Shown: positions 14,245 to 24,000 of the stretch, in pieces
Numbering within the stretch: the first letter of the stretch is position 1
Layout: each line of letters opens with the position of its first letter
Assembly (NCBI RefSeq): GCF_003353065.1
Contig: NZ_CP027806.1
Location: 754,997 to 778,996, forward strand
Source of the DNA: Cyclonatronum proteinivorum
GTDB taxonomy: Bacteria; Bacteroidota; Rhodothermia; Balneolales; Cyclonatronaceae
DNA: 24,000 bases
Direction of reading: 5' to 3'
Position numbers and translations under genes: made by a program
The notes under the pieces: generated by a model
What the model saw: the letters and a program-made list of their open reading frames with translations, nothing else
What the model was told of the DNA's origin: nothing
Databases searched by the model: none

Positions 14245-14952
14245 ATGGCATACGAATATATTGACCGGAACCTCCAATCGCTGAAAACGCGCATCGAAGC
14301 TGCCTGTGCTGCATGCGGTCGTAATCCTGAGGATGTGAGGTTAATTGCGGTAAGCAAAACCAACCCCGTTGAAGCGGTTCGTGCCATGCGTGCGCTCAAA
14401 CAGCTTGATTTTGGAGAGAATAAGGTTCAGGAACTTGTGCCCAAAATGGAAGCGCTTGAAGCAGACAAAGATATTGTATGGCACATGATCGGCACGCTTC
14501 AGTCAAATAAAATCAAATATATAGCCGATCGCGTGGACTGGATTCACTCTGTGCCCAAGCTGAAAGCGCTTAAAGAAATAAACAAGCGTGCCGGTCAGGC
14601 AGGGCGCATCATCAATGTGCTGATTCAGGTGAACATCAGCGATGAAAACCAGAAATCGGGCTGTGAGCCTGATGATTTGCCTGCACTGCTTGAGGTGGCT
14701 GACAGCATGGCCAATCTCAAAGTGCGCGGTTTAATGGGGATGGCGTCATTCACAGACGATGAGGCAATTGTGAGGCCGCAGTTTCGCTTGTTACGGGTAT
14801 TGCTCGTGCAGGAGCAAAAAAAGGGGTATCAAAACCATGTGTTAACAGAGCTTTCTATGGGGATGACAAACGACCTCGAAATTGCCGTACAGGAAGGTGC
14901 AACCATGCTCCGTATCGGTACTGCACTCTTTGGTGCACGGGATTATGATTAA
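14245..14952 (+). CDS. yggS: YggS-family pyridoxal-phosphate-dependent protein (PLP homeostasis)
   Basis: VRLIAVSKTNP (PLP Lys), FGENKVQEL, HMIGTLQSNK and SMGMTNDLEIAVQEGATMLRIGTALFG are present; 235 aa. Confidence 0.9.
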   Translation: MAYEYIDRNLQSLKTRIEAACAACGRNPEDVRLIAVSKTNPVEAVRAMRALKQLDFGENKVQELVPKMEALEADKDIVWHMIGTLQSNKIKYIADRVDWIHSVPKLKALKEINKRAGQAGRIINVLIQVNISDENQKSGCEPDDLPALLEVADSMANLKVRGLMGMASFTDDEAIVRPQFRLLRVLLVQEQKKGYQNHVLTELSMGMTNDLEIAVQEGATMLRIGTALFGARDYD

Positions 14953-15094
14953 AATTCACAGTTAGTTGCGGGAAACTCAAACAGGAAGTGCCGGCATATG
15001 AGCGATGTAGAAAAAAGAACCTGTCTCAAATAATTAATTATAATTAAATTGGGTGTAGCAAAAAAGCTCACCTCCAAAGCTTTCCTTACCATAT

Positions 15095-17275
15095 TTGCTT
15101 CCTAATAATTATAAAATATTAATATTGGTCTTGGCTTTCATGGCCGGAGTTCTGATCACTTCGGGTTGTAGCGAAACCGGGTCTTCTCAAACCGATATCC
15201 CAGCATCAAATCAGGATTCCGAGGCAAAGGGTACCGATGAACTGTTGGAGACCTATATCCGGAATATCGTGCTCAGGAAGGTAGATGAAAATGAGCCCGT
15301 TATTGCAGAAATGACCGCCCTGACAGAAAGCGCACCTACGCCCTACAATGAGCTCCTGCTCGATTACATGAGATTGCAGTCCAAATTCCTTAGAGGCGAA
15401 ATAGCAGCTGTTGAGCGCGAAGTATCAGCTCTGGCAGAAGCAGCGGCCGTCTCTGGCAATGATGTGCTGTATTTAGCTACTGTGTCTTTGTTCGTTAATG
15501 TACTGTCAGAACAGGGACGAATGGGATCTGCCAGAGATGTATTGGAGGAAACCCTTACTAAAATTACACCCGTAGAATTCTCGTCAGCAGATATCCTGGT
15601 ACGAAGAGCCAAAGCGCGCCTGTATCAGGGGGAAAGTGAGTATCTGAGTGCTATACAAACCATCATGCCGATTGTAGATTATTTCGAAGGTCAGAATGAA
15701 TACAGTATCCTGGCTGATCTGTATGGCGATCTTGCGCTGATATTTACCAATATCAGGCAGCTTGATGAGGCGCTGAGCTGGCATGAGCGTGCTTTGAGGT
15801 TATTTTATGCGAATGAAGACCGTGTTGGTATTGCACGCACGATGAATAACCTTGCCAGCTTTTTTGAACTTACCGGTGAGTTTGAGCGCAGCGCTGACTC
15901 CCTGCAGGTTGCCATTGCCATAAACAGAGAAAAAGAAAGCTGGCTCAATCTCGCGCGCAATTATTATAATGCAGCGATGGCATACAAAGATATGAAAGAT
16001 TTTGAACGGGCTGCCGAACACTACCGGCTCGGGCTCGAGATGAGTGAACGCGTAGGTTCCGTGCTGGGAGTAATGTTTAATACCTATGGCGTTGGTGAAA
16101 TGATTTTAAATAAAAGCGGAGATATTGAACAAGCCCGGCAGCAGTTTATAAGCGCCCTTGAAATCGCAGAAGAAGTTGAACACAACGGTATCCGAACTAA
16201 CAGTCTTCGTCAGCTGTATGAAATTGAAAAGAGCATAGGAAACTATCAGGCTGCACTTGAATACCATGAGCAGTTTCTGGAAATGACCATACTTTTTCAG
16301 GAACGGGCAAGGGATACCGCAATTCAGGATTTGATGATTCAGCATGATGTAGAACAAACCCGCAATGAAAACCTGTTGCTTAGCGAGCGACTGGTTTTTG
16401 AGGAAACAACAAGCAGAAACAGGCTTACGATTATTGTGTTGCTTGTGATAGGGCTTGTAACCGCAATCCTGTTTGTGGTTTATGCACTTGCTACCAAAAA
16501 GCGGCTTCAGAAAGCTTTTGTCGATATTAAAAATCAGCGTGCAATGCTTCAGGTGCAAAATGAGCAGCTCGAAAAAATAGGGCAGGAGCGGGACGGCTTT
16601 TTGCATATCATTGTACATGATTTGAAAAATCCGCTGTCGGTCATTAAAAGCTCTGTGGAATTAATTAAAGAAGATCTGCAGGATAACCCTCTGGTATCAT
16701 TGGTTGAACGCTCACTTTTACGTACGGATCTGCTGATTAAGAGTCTCTTAAATGTGTTTAGGATGGATCAGCTCGATGTTATGAATCAGCTGGAGCGTCA
16801 GCAAAGTGATCAGGTTATCAAAAGAATGCGAAATGAATATACCCTGGTAGCAAAATCCAAAAACATAACCCTGCATTGTCGCTGCGATTCTTTTTCATTT
16901 AACACGCACCTGGAATCATTCCAGGGTATTGTAGGAAATCTCATTTCAAATGCGATAAAATACGCTCCGCCAAATACGGAGGTTTGGGTAGATATGAGCA
17001 GGGAGGAAGATCATTTCAGGCTGAGCATAGAAGATCAGGGACCGGGCTTTAGCAGCCATGATATGGACAAGATTTTTAAACCGTTTGCCAAACTTTCAGC
17101 CAAGTCAACGGCAGGGGAAAGCAGTACTGGTATTGGTTTGTATTCCGTTAAAACATCTGTCAGCCGCCTAAAGGGCGAAATTTTCGTTGAGAAGTCACGG
17201 TGGGGTGGGGCCGCATTCAGGTTGAAGTTCCCTTTCCTGCCCTTGGCAGAACCCGAGGCAGAAATAGTTGACTGA
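15095..17275 (+). CDS. Sensor histidine kinase with lipoprotein-type signal, TPR-like repeats, one internal TM helix, and HisKA plus HATPase_c
   Basis: The signal is ...LAFMAGVLITSGC. The TPR-like repeats are tetratricopeptide-like Y/A-rich. The TM helix is LTIIVLLVIGLVTAILFVVYALA. H box FLHIIVHDLKNPLS, N box NLISNAIKYAP, G1 EDQGPGF, G2 GIGLYS. The start codon is TTG and therefore uncertain. Confidence 0.85.
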   Translation: MLPNNYKILILVLAFMAGVLITSGCSETGSSQTDIPASNQDSEAKGTDELLETYIRNIVLRKVDENEPVIAEMTALTESAPTPYNELLLDYMRLQSKFLRGEIAAVEREVSALAEAAAVSGNDVLYLATVSLFVNVLSEQGRMGSARDVLEETLTKITPVEFSSADILVRRAKARLYQGESEYLSAIQTIMPIVDYFEGQNEYSILADLYGDLALIFTNIRQLDEALSWHERALRLFYANEDRVGIARTMNNLASFFELTGEFERSADSLQVAIAINREKESWLNLARNYYNAAMAYKDMKDFERAAEHYRLGLEMSERVGSVLGVMFNTYGVGEMILNKSGDIEQARQQFISALEIAEEVEHNGIRTNSLRQLYEIEKSIGNYQAALEYHEQFLEMTILFQERARDTAIQDLMIQHDVEQTRNENLLLSERLVFEETTSRNRLTIIVLLVIGLVTAILFVVYALATKKRLQKAFVDIKNQRAMLQVQNEQLEKIGQERDGFLHIIVHDLKNPLSVIKSSVELIKEDLQDNPLVSLVERSLLRTDLLIKSLLNVFRMDQLDVMNQLERQQSDQVIKRMRNEYTLVAKSKNITLHCRCDSFSFNTHLESFQGIVGNLISNAIKYAPPNTEVWVDMSREEDHFRLSIEDQGPGFSSHDMDKIFKPFAKLSAKSTAGESSTGIGLYSVKTSVSRLKGEIFVEKSRWGGAAFRLKFPFLPLAEPEAEIVD

Positions 17276-17472
17276 ATCCTTTTGGTTCGCTGCTAACAGG
17301 GTGCACGCGAAATATGAAGCTGAAAAAAGTTGATTCAATCCTATTATTTAAAAGCGTTTTTCAAAAGCTTGTAGTAGTATCAGCTATCGCTGGAACCGAT
17401 GTCGTTGGTTCATCATTACCAATGGCTGTTCGCTTCCATAAAACTGCACATCCACTCAACTAAATCTGACCT

Positions 17473-20139
17473 ATGAGTCCTCACCTACGGTTATACCCGG
17501 CGCTTGTACCGCTGTTTTTCCTGCTCTTTGTTTGTTTACCTGATGTTGCCCGTGCCCAATCCGGCGTACAGACCTTTGCCCGCGAATTCGCTGAACATAG
17601 CGAGTCGCCGCTGTCTTTTTTTCTGCCGGATGATGTCACCTATAAGTCCGACATCCCCACTCCGCACGAAGTACTTGGGTTTAATATAGGGGAATGGCAC
17701 CTGCGCCACGATCTGATGGTCCGCTACATGGAAGCCCTGGCGCAGGCCTCTGACCGCATCACCATCGATTTCTATGGGCGCAGTCATGAGCTTCGTCCGC
17801 TGGTTTTGCTCACCATCACCCATCCGGACAATCATGGTCGTATTGAAGAAATCCGGCAGCAGCATATTCAGCTGGCCGATCCGGATGTTTCGGAAAACCT
17901 CGATATTTCGGCCATGCCGGCAGTTGTCTGGCTGGGCTACAGCGTGCACGGTAACGAGCATTCCGGTGTAAATGCCGCCGTGCTTGCTGCCTACTATTAC
18001 GCCGCCGCGCAGGGGCAAGCCGTCGAAAGCCTGCTGCGCGAATCCGTGATTCTGCTTGATCCGAGCTTCAATCCCGACGGGCAGGATCGCTTTGTGAGCT
18101 GGGTGAACTCGCACCGCAACCTGAACCGCCTCACCGCTGACCCGGTCAACCGCGAGTTCAACGAGCCCTGGCCGCGCTCCCGCACCAATCACTACTGGTT
18201 CGATCTCAACCGTGACTGGATGCCCCTTCAGCACCCCGAAAGCCGGTACCGCCTCGAACAGTTTCATCACTGGAAGCCCAACGTGCTCACGGATCACCAC
18301 GAGATGGGTACCAACGCCACCTACTTCTTTCAGCCTGGCGTGCCTTCCCGCAACAATCCGCTTACCCCCGAGCGCAACTACGAGCTGACCTTCAAGCTCG
18401 CGGAGTTTCATGCCGAATACCTCGATCAGATTGCGCAGCTCTATTACACCCGCGAAACTTTCGACGATTTTTATGTCGGTAAAGGCTCGACCTATCCCGA
18501 CTTCTTCGGTACCATTGGTATCCTCTTCGAGCAGGCAAGCTCGCGCGGGCACATTCAGGAGAGTCAGCACGGCCTGCTTTCTTTCCCCGAAACCATCCTG
18601 AATCAGTTTCTGACCTCGCTCTCGACCGTTGCCGGTACGCATGCGCTTCGGGAGGAATTTCACGCGTTCAAGCGCGATCACTACAAAACGGCCCTCGAAG
18701 AAGCCGCCCGCGATGAGGTCAAAGCGTGGGTGTTTGGCGCCCCGCACGATCCTGCGCGCATCTATCATTTACAGGATATTCTGCTGCGGCATCAGCTGGA
18801 TTTCTACACCCTGGACCGGGATGTGACGGCATCCGGAGAAACCTTCCGGGCCGGACGCGATTTCATCATCCCTACAGCGCAGCCCAACTACCGCATGGTG
18901 CGCAGCCTCTTTGAGACTCGCACAAGCTTCACGGACAGCCTGTTTTATGACGTTTCTACCTGGTCGCTGCCTCACGCCTTCGACCTGCACCATGCCACGC
19001 TCAACAACCGGGCGTTCAACCGGAATTTGCTCGGGGAGCAGGTTCGGGCTGATAACATCCGTTTCCCCGAAGGCCGGCTTCACGGCGGACAGGCGCGGGT
19101 AGCTTACATCATGGAGTGGGACGGCTACTATGCGCCCCGTGCTATCAATGATCTGCTGCGACGCGGCGTGCGGGCCAAGGTTGCCAACCGTGAATTTACC
19201 CTGCCCACCGATGCCGGCGACCGCGTTTTCATGCGCGGCTCGGTGATGATTCCGGTCGGCATTCAGGATGCCTGCAGCCCGGATGAGCTCTACGCCATGG
19301 TTCAGGAGGCCGCCCGCAGCAGCGCCGTTGATTTCTTTGCCGTGAATACCGGCCTTGCCCGAACCGGCATTGATCTGGGCTCGCCGAGCTTCAGCAGCCT
19401 GCGCACCCCGGAAGTCTTGCTGGTTATTGGTGATGGCGTGAATGTAAGTGAAGCCGGCGAAACCTGGTTTCAGCTCGATCAGCGGTACAATGTGCCGGTT
19501 ACCATGGTTGAAACGGACCGATTCGCGCGGCTGGACCTGAGCCGGTACAACACCATTGTGCTGCCAAACGGGAATTACAACCGAATCTCAGCATCAGGCA
19601 GGGAAAACCTGCGTCGCTGGACAGAAAGCGGAGGCGTGCTGATTGCATACAAAAATGCGGTTAATTGGCTGGTTCAGCACGAACTTGCAACGGCTTCTTT
19701 TGAAAGGGTCAGCGAAGCGGATCAACACGATGTCATGCTGCCTTACCAAGACGCCTCGCAGCTACGCGGGGCACAGGTCATAGGCGGCAGTATTTTCAGC
19801 GCCCGCGCGGACCTGACCCATCCGCTGCTGTACGGCTACCGCAATCCTGAACTTAGCGTGTTCAGAAACAGTACGCTGTTTCTTGCAGCGCCTGAAAACC
19901 CGCATGCTGCTCCGCTGCGATACACTCCAAACCCGCTGGTGAGCGGCTATATCTCGCCTCAGAACCTCGAAGTGCTGCCCGGTACGGCCTCGCTTATGGT
20001 GTCAGGCAGGGGGCAGGGGCGCGTCATCCTTTTTGCTGACAATCCTAATTTTAGGGCGTTTTGGTTTGGAACCAACAAACTGTTTGCTAACAGCCTGTTT
20101 TTCGGGCATACCATCAGCGGCCTGACTGTAGAGCGTTAA
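17473..20139 (+). CDS. M14-family zinc metallopeptidase (carboxypeptidase-like) with signal peptide, 888 aa
   Basis: The signal peptide is ...FVCLPDVARAQS. The zinc site is SVHGNEHSG, followed by ...DHHEMG... and FEQASSRG. The 410-aa ORF on the opposite strand (17536-18768) is an antisense shadow. Confidence 0.85.
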   Translation: MSPHLRLYPALVPLFFLLFVCLPDVARAQSGVQTFAREFAEHSESPLSFFLPDDVTYKSDIPTPHEVLGFNIGEWHLRHDLMVRYMEALAQASDRITIDFYGRSHELRPLVLLTITHPDNHGRIEEIRQQHIQLADPDVSENLDISAMPAVVWLGYSVHGNEHSGVNAAVLAAYYYAAAQGQAVESLLRESVILLDPSFNPDGQDRFVSWVNSHRNLNRLTADPVNREFNEPWPRSRTNHYWFDLNRDWMPLQHPESRYRLEQFHHWKPNVLTDHHEMGTNATYFFQPGVPSRNNPLTPERNYELTFKLAEFHAEYLDQIAQLYYTRETFDDFYVGKGSTYPDFFGTIGILFEQASSRGHIQESQHGLLSFPETILNQFLTSLSTVAGTHALREEFHAFKRDHYKTALEEAARDEVKAWVFGAPHDPARIYHLQDILLRHQLDFYTLDRDVTASGETFRAGRDFIIPTAQPNYRMVRSLFETRTSFTDSLFYDVSTWSLPHAFDLHHATLNNRAFNRNLLGEQVRADNIRFPEGRLHGGQARVAYIMEWDGYYAPRAINDLLRRGVRAKVANREFTLPTDAGDRVFMRGSVMIPVGIQDACSPDELYAMVQEAARSSAVDFFAVNTGLARTGIDLGSPSFSSLRTPEVLLVIGDGVNVSEAGETWFQLDQRYNVPVTMVETDRFARLDLSRYNTIVLPNGNYNRISASGRENLRRWTESGGVLIAYKNAVNWLVQHELATASFERVSEADQHDVMLPYQDASQLRGAQVIGGSIFSARADLTHPLLYGYRNPELSVFRNSTLFLAAPENPHAAPLRYTPNPLVSGYISPQNLEVLPGTASLMVSGRGQGRVILFADNPNFRAFWFGTNKLFANSLFFGHTISGLTVER

Positions 20140-20177
20140 GGGTCTTGGACCTTGAAATAAGCTAAAAGCATTAAAAA

Positions 20178-20216
20178 ACGGGCTCCGGAAAATATCTTCC
20201 CGAGCCCGTTTTTTTG
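20178..20216 (+). terminator. Rho-independent terminator after the peptidase gene
   Basis: aaaaaACGGGCTCcggaaaatatcttccGAGCCCGTttttttt has an 8-bp stem and a T-run. Confidence 0.8.
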
Positions 20217-20385
20217 TCTTCTGTAATTTGAAGAAAATTGCCGTTGCTTCAAATGATGTGGTTAAAGCGGGAATAAAATTGGAGGTATATTTAAAATATT
20301 CTTATTGGAAATGATTATTTTACGAAGTGATAGTTCATTACCTAAGCGCAGCCGTAATTCATAGTATTAAGGACAGTGTACCGAA

Positions 20386-23300
20386 ATGGGGAAATCTGCT
20401 TCAGAAAACCAGCTCAGCGGGCTGATCAGTAAACTTCTTAAAGGCGAAGAAGTTGATTATGAGCAATTCAGGGATGTGCCTGTAGAACAAATTATAGAAC
20501 AGCTTAATATTTACCATCAGGAGCTCGAATATCAGAATCAGGAGTTGGTGCAGGCCCGTACGGTAGCGGAACTTTCAGAAGCCAGGTTTAAAGATCTTTT
20601 CCAGAATGCGCCCTTTGGTTATATAGTGCTTAATGCTGATATGGTTGTCTCTGAAGCAAATACGGCAGCTTCAGGATTGCTTGGGAAAAATAATGTTAAC
20701 CTTAAAGGCACTAAAGTCACAGATTATATTCAGGCCGAACGTCAGGATGATTTCTACTTTTGTCTGCGTCGTCTGAAGGAAAAGCCGGGTAGTGAGGAAT
20801 CTTTTGAATTCAGGGTCAAAGCTGACAGCGTAAACGGGGGGCAAGGTAAAGAGCTCGTCCTGTTTGCGCGCCTTCAGTTTATGAAAGACGCCGCGCCAAC
20901 AGCTGCTATTTCCAAAGCCATACCGCAGTACCGAATGCTGATTGTCGATATTACGGCGGAGAAAAAGCAGGAAGAGCGGCTCACCTCGCTGCTGAATAAT
21001 CTGCCTGTTGGTGTTGTTGCGGCTGATCCTGCCCAAAAAACCATTGCGTTTTGCAATCAAACGATGTGCGATATGCTCGGGCTGAATGGGGCGCAGCTTA
21101 TGGGGCGATCGCTGGTGCATTTTCATCCTGAAAAAGAGCAGGCACGGGCAGCTGCAGAATATGATAAAGGGCGGGATATAAACATCTCAGTTCAGCATCC
21201 TTTTGCGCTTAAACATGCTTCCGGCAGGCTCATTTATGCCACCGTTACGGCCGTAGAGCTTGATTTGTTTGGAAATACGTACTGGTGCGGGGTGTACAGT
21301 GAGGTAACCGATCACCTGGAAAACCTGCATAAGCGGCACATGTTTCAGGATATCGTTGATAACACGTCTGACTTTGTAGGCACAGCTACGCTGGATGGAC
21401 AGGTGATATACGTTAACCAGACTTTTAGTAGCAGATTAGGATATGACATTGAAACGGAGGTACTGGGTGAACATATAATCCGGTTCCACCCGCAGTGGGT
21501 GCAGGATCTGATGAAAAGGGAAGCTTTGCCGCAACTTATGGAAGAGGGGATGTGGAAAGGTGATACGGTCATTCTTTCAAAAGACGGAAAAGAAATTCCG
21601 GTTTCGCAGCTAATGATTCGCCATGACAAGCCGGATGGAAGCGCTGACTTTATTTCCACCAGCCTGCGCGATATGTCTGACCGGCAGGAAATCGACCGGC
21701 TTCAGGTTTTGCAGCAGCAGGAAAAGGAAGCGGCTGACGCACGGATCCGGAGAGAACAGCGGAAAATGGAGCTTATTCTTTCTCAGGCTCCGGATGGGGT
21801 GATCAGCGTTGACGGCGAACGTCGCATTCAGTTTCTGAATAAAGTTGCGCAGCGCATGTTCGGCATCGAACCAAAGGAAGTTAAGGGGAAAAATATTGAT
21901 GAAGTCATACCGCATCTGTCATCTGTATTTGGTGATATGTCTTATGACACCCTGAAAAATCTAAAGGGTCATGATCTGCCCTTACAGGATCTGAACGGAA
22001 ATCCGTTTTGGGGGCAGGTTTCTGTAAGTGTGGTCGATTTTGAAGATGAATTGTATTACACCCTGTTTATCAGAGATGTGACGGAGCGCAAACAGAATGA
22101 AGAGCTTCTGATACGTAACACAAGGCGCCTGAATGAAATTGCGCTCAACAGTCGGACTATAGCCTGGGAAATTGATGCTGAGGGCGTTTATACGTTCATT
22201 AGCCCGGTATGTGAAACCATGCTGGGCTACAGGGTATCTGAAGTGGTTGGTCATAAAACTTTGTTTGATCTTCATCCTGCCGAGGGCCGTTCCGTCTTTG
22301 AAAAAAAAGTACGGGCTGCGTTCCTTCAGGGAAAGCGATTCACAGCGTTCTACAACAAAGTGCAAACCAAAGACGGACATGTGATATGGGTGTCAACCAA
22401 CGGCGTGCCTGTATTTGATGCCGACGGAAAATTAAAGGGGTATCGCGGCAGTGATACAGATGTGACCGATCTGATTGAAGCAGAACAACGTAACCGCCTG
22501 CTTCAAAAAGCAGTTGAATCCAGCACGGTTGGTATTGTACTGGCTGATATGACCCTGGAAGATCAGCCGTTGATTTACATTAACCCTGCTTTTCAGCACA
22601 TTACGGGCTATCATCCGGATGAAGTGATCGGGAAAAACTGTCGTTTTTTACAGGGCGATGATACCCTGCAGGATGAACTGAATACCATCAGAAAAGCCAT
22701 AAGGGAAGGCAACAGTTGCCGTGTAACGCTTCGGAATTACCGCAAAAACGGCAAGTTGTTTTGGAATCAGCTTTCGCTGTCACCCATTTATGATGAAAAT
22801 AATACCCTAACCCATTTTGTGGGGGTGCAGCAGGACATTACGAAACTCAAGGAAGCAGAAAATTCGCTCAAACGGCAAAACGCACTACAGTCTTTTCTGC
22901 TCTCTGTTTCGGCCCGTTTTGTAGATGTTAAGCCGGACGAGCTGAATCAGGTCGTATCGGAAGTACTGGGCGAAAGTGCAGAATTGATCCATGCTGACAG
23001 GCTCTACTGTGCCATATACACAGATGACCGGGACGTACTTCAACCGCAGTGGCTGACTAATGATAAAGGGACGTCCGCTGGTTTTCCAGCTGTATTCTTT
23101 GAAGACTATCAGTCAGGCAAAACGCTGTTTATTCACAATACCTCTAACCTTGGGCAAAATCATCCTTTAAAAAAATGGCTGGCTGGCCGCGGCGTTTGTG
23201 GCCTTGTGGCTATGCCGCTCATGCAAGCCGGAACCTGTACTGGTTTTCTGATTGCTGAAAATCTGGAAAGCTCCTTGTTTCTGGAAAAAGAACATCTGAA

Positions 23301-24000
23301 TATGATGGGTATTCTTATTCAGCTGCTCGTTAACCTGCAAAACAGAATGAATGCACTGGGACAGCTGAGCCAAAGTGAAGAAAAGTTTGCGATGGCTTTT
23401 CAGTCGAGTCCGTATGCTATAGCCATATCGGAACCCGATTCAGGGCGGTTGGTGGAAGTGAACAGTGCTTTTTACCAGTACACAGGCTATACCCCTGATG
23501 ATGTGCGTCACGACCGCGTAACTTCTCTCAATGTCTGGGCCCGTAAGAAAGAACGGTTGGTCATGACTAAGGCTCTTAAGCGCGGCCAAAAGGTTGAGAA
23601 TATGCAGTTTGAATTCCGCAAAAAAAACGGGGAAATATTTACCGGGCTGCTGTCTTCCAGAATTATTCATATCGATAACAAGCCCTATTACATTACAAGT
23701 ATTAGTGACATTTCAGAGCGCATTGCCGCCCAGCAAAAGCTTGCGGAAAGTGAAGAGAAATACCGGTTGCTTTTTGCGGCCAACAAAGACGCTATCACCG
23801 TATTTTCTTTGGATACCGAAAACCCGGAAATCCTCGAAACCAATGCAGCTGCGGAAGAACTGACGGGCTACCCGCTTGATGAATTAAAGGGCATGCCTAT
23901 AACCATGCTGGAAACAGGGCTCACTGCCGGGGAAGTTGCGCGAAGGGCGGAGCGCTTGTACGATCACGCGGAGGTGAACTATGAAACCCGGATCAGGACG
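20386..24000 (+). CDS. Multi-domain PAS/PAC sensor protein containing a canonical LOV domain and a GAF-like domain; partial (runs off the right edge)
   Basis: Frame 1 is open from ATG 20386 (TAA at 20368 upstream) to 24000. It is absent from the ORF track because it has no stop in the window. It carries repeated PAS signatures. The LOV core is at 22522-22842, with ...IYINPAFQHITGYHPDEVIGKNCRFLQGDDT...LRNYRKNGKLFWNQLSLSPIYDE....HFVGVQQDIT. All reverse-strand ORFs between 20671 and 23670 are shadows. Confidence 0.9.
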   Translation, partial: MGKSASENQLSGLISKLLKGEEVDYEQFRDVPVEQIIEQLNIYHQELEYQNQELVQARTVAELSEARFKDLFQNAPFGYIVLNADMVVSEANTAASGLLGKNNVNLKGTKVTDYIQAERQDDFYFCLRRLKEKPGSEESFEFRVKADSVNGGQGKELVLFARLQFMKDAAPTAAISKAIPQYRMLIVDITAEKKQEERLTSLLNNLPVGVVAADPAQKTIAFCNQTMCDMLGLNGAQLMGRSLVHFHPEKEQARAAAEYDKGRDINISVQHPFALKHASGRLIYATVTAVELDLFGNTYWCGVYSEVTDHLENLHKRHMFQDIVDNTSDFVGTATLDGQVIYVNQTFSSRLGYDIETEVLGEHIIRFHPQWVQDLMKREALPQLMEEGMWKGDTVILSKDGKEIPVSQLMIRHDKPDGSADFISTSLRDMSDRQEIDRLQVLQQQEKEAADARIRREQRKMELILSQAPDGVISVDGERRIQFLNKVAQRMFGIEPKEVKGKNIDEVIPHLSSVFGDMSYDTLKNLKGHDLPLQDLNGNPFWGQVSVSVVDFEDELYYTLFIRDVTERKQNEELLIRNTRRLNEIALNSRTIAWEIDAEGVYTFISPVCETMLGYRVSEVVGHKTLFDLHPAEGRSVFEKKVRAAFLQGKRFTAFYNKVQTKDGHVIWVSTNGVPVFDADGKLKGYRGSDTDVTDLIEAEQRNRLLQKAVESSTVGIVLADMTLEDQPLIYINPAFQHITGYHPDEVIGKNCRFLQGDDTLQDELNTIRKAIREGNSCRVTLRNYRKNGKLFWNQLSLSPIYDENNTLTHFVGVQQDITKLKEAENSLKRQNALQSFLLSVSARFVDVKPDELNQVVSEVLGESAELIHADRLYCAIYTDDRDVLQPQWLTNDKGTSAGFPAVFFEDYQSGKTLFIHNTSNLGQNHPLKKWLAGRGVCGLVAMPLMQAGTCTGFLIAENLESSLFLEKEHLNMMGILIQLLVNLQNRMNALGQLSQSEEKFAMAFQSSPYAIAISEPDSGRLVEVNSAFYQYTGYTPDDVRHDRVTSLNVWARKKERLVMTKALKRGQKVENMQFEFRKKNGEIFTGLLSSRIIHIDNKPYYITSISDISERIAAQQKLAESEEKYRLLFAANKDAITVFSLDTENPEILETNAAAEELTGYPLDELKGMPITMLETGLTAGEVARRAERLYDHAEVNYETRIRT

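Noticed and set aside
16106-16618. 170-aa reverse-strand ORF
   Set aside because: It is antisense to the histidine kinase gene and has low-complexity hydrophobic or Lys-rich composition.
17536-18768. 410-aa ORF on the reverse strand
   Set aside because: It lies entirely antisense to the M14 peptidase gene, which has clear zinc-site motifs. Its Arg/Gly/Ala-rich composition is typical of a shadow frame in GC-rich coding DNA.
20671-23670. Several 60-151 aa reverse-strand ORFs
   Set aside because: They are antisense to a continuous + strand frame (20386-24000) with repeated PAS, LOV and GAF signatures.
1-24000. CRISPR arrays, tRNA or rRNA genes
   Set aside because: I found no regularly spaced direct repeats, and no tRNA-like T-arm (GGTTCGAATCC-type) or rRNA signatures on either strand.

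Overview
The window splits into an AT-rich accessory segment (about 1-9800) and a GC-richer core segment (about 10186-24000); the composition contrast is judged by eye, not computed.

Accessory segment:
- A partial IS982-family element abuts an IS1380-family element. Together they cut off the 5' part of a Xer-like tyrosine recombinase, leaving only its C-terminal catalytic fragment (2603-2941).
- Directly downstream, and in the same orientation, is what I read as an integron-like cassette array. A hairpin junction ends in GTTAGGC. It is followed by two 132-bp imperfect palindromes of identical architecture (3203-3334 and 6496-6627).
- The outer boxes of these palindromes obey cassette logic. 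The first 15 nt after each upstream GTT are the reverse complement (14/15) of the 15 nt ending in AAC at the next palindrome.
- This delimits a 312-bp cassette with no ORF over 60 aa, and a 3293-bp cassette carrying a decayed HaeIII-like restriction-modification unit.
- In that unit the m5C methyltransferase lacks motifs IX and X, and the putative endonuclease lacks a start codon. Their junction is replaced by a translationally coupled pair (a 77-aa very acidic protein and a 168-aa nuclease-like protein) plus a GC-rich patch.
- Further right are a 491-aa orphan gene, decayed gene remnants, and a Phd/YefM-ParE toxin-antitoxin pair whose toxin is frameshifted twice.

Core segment:
- It encodes a carbon-nitrogen hydrolase, a single-domain response regulator, RNase P RNA (rnpB), and a COG1579-type coiled-coil protein next to NIF3.
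- It also encodes YggS, a TPR-containing histidine kinase, an M14 peptidase, and a long multi-PAS/LOV/GAF sensor protein that runs off the right edge.

No CRISPR array, rRNA or tRNA was seen. Promoter style and gene families suggest a Bacteroidota-related (FCB group) genome, but that is inference only.
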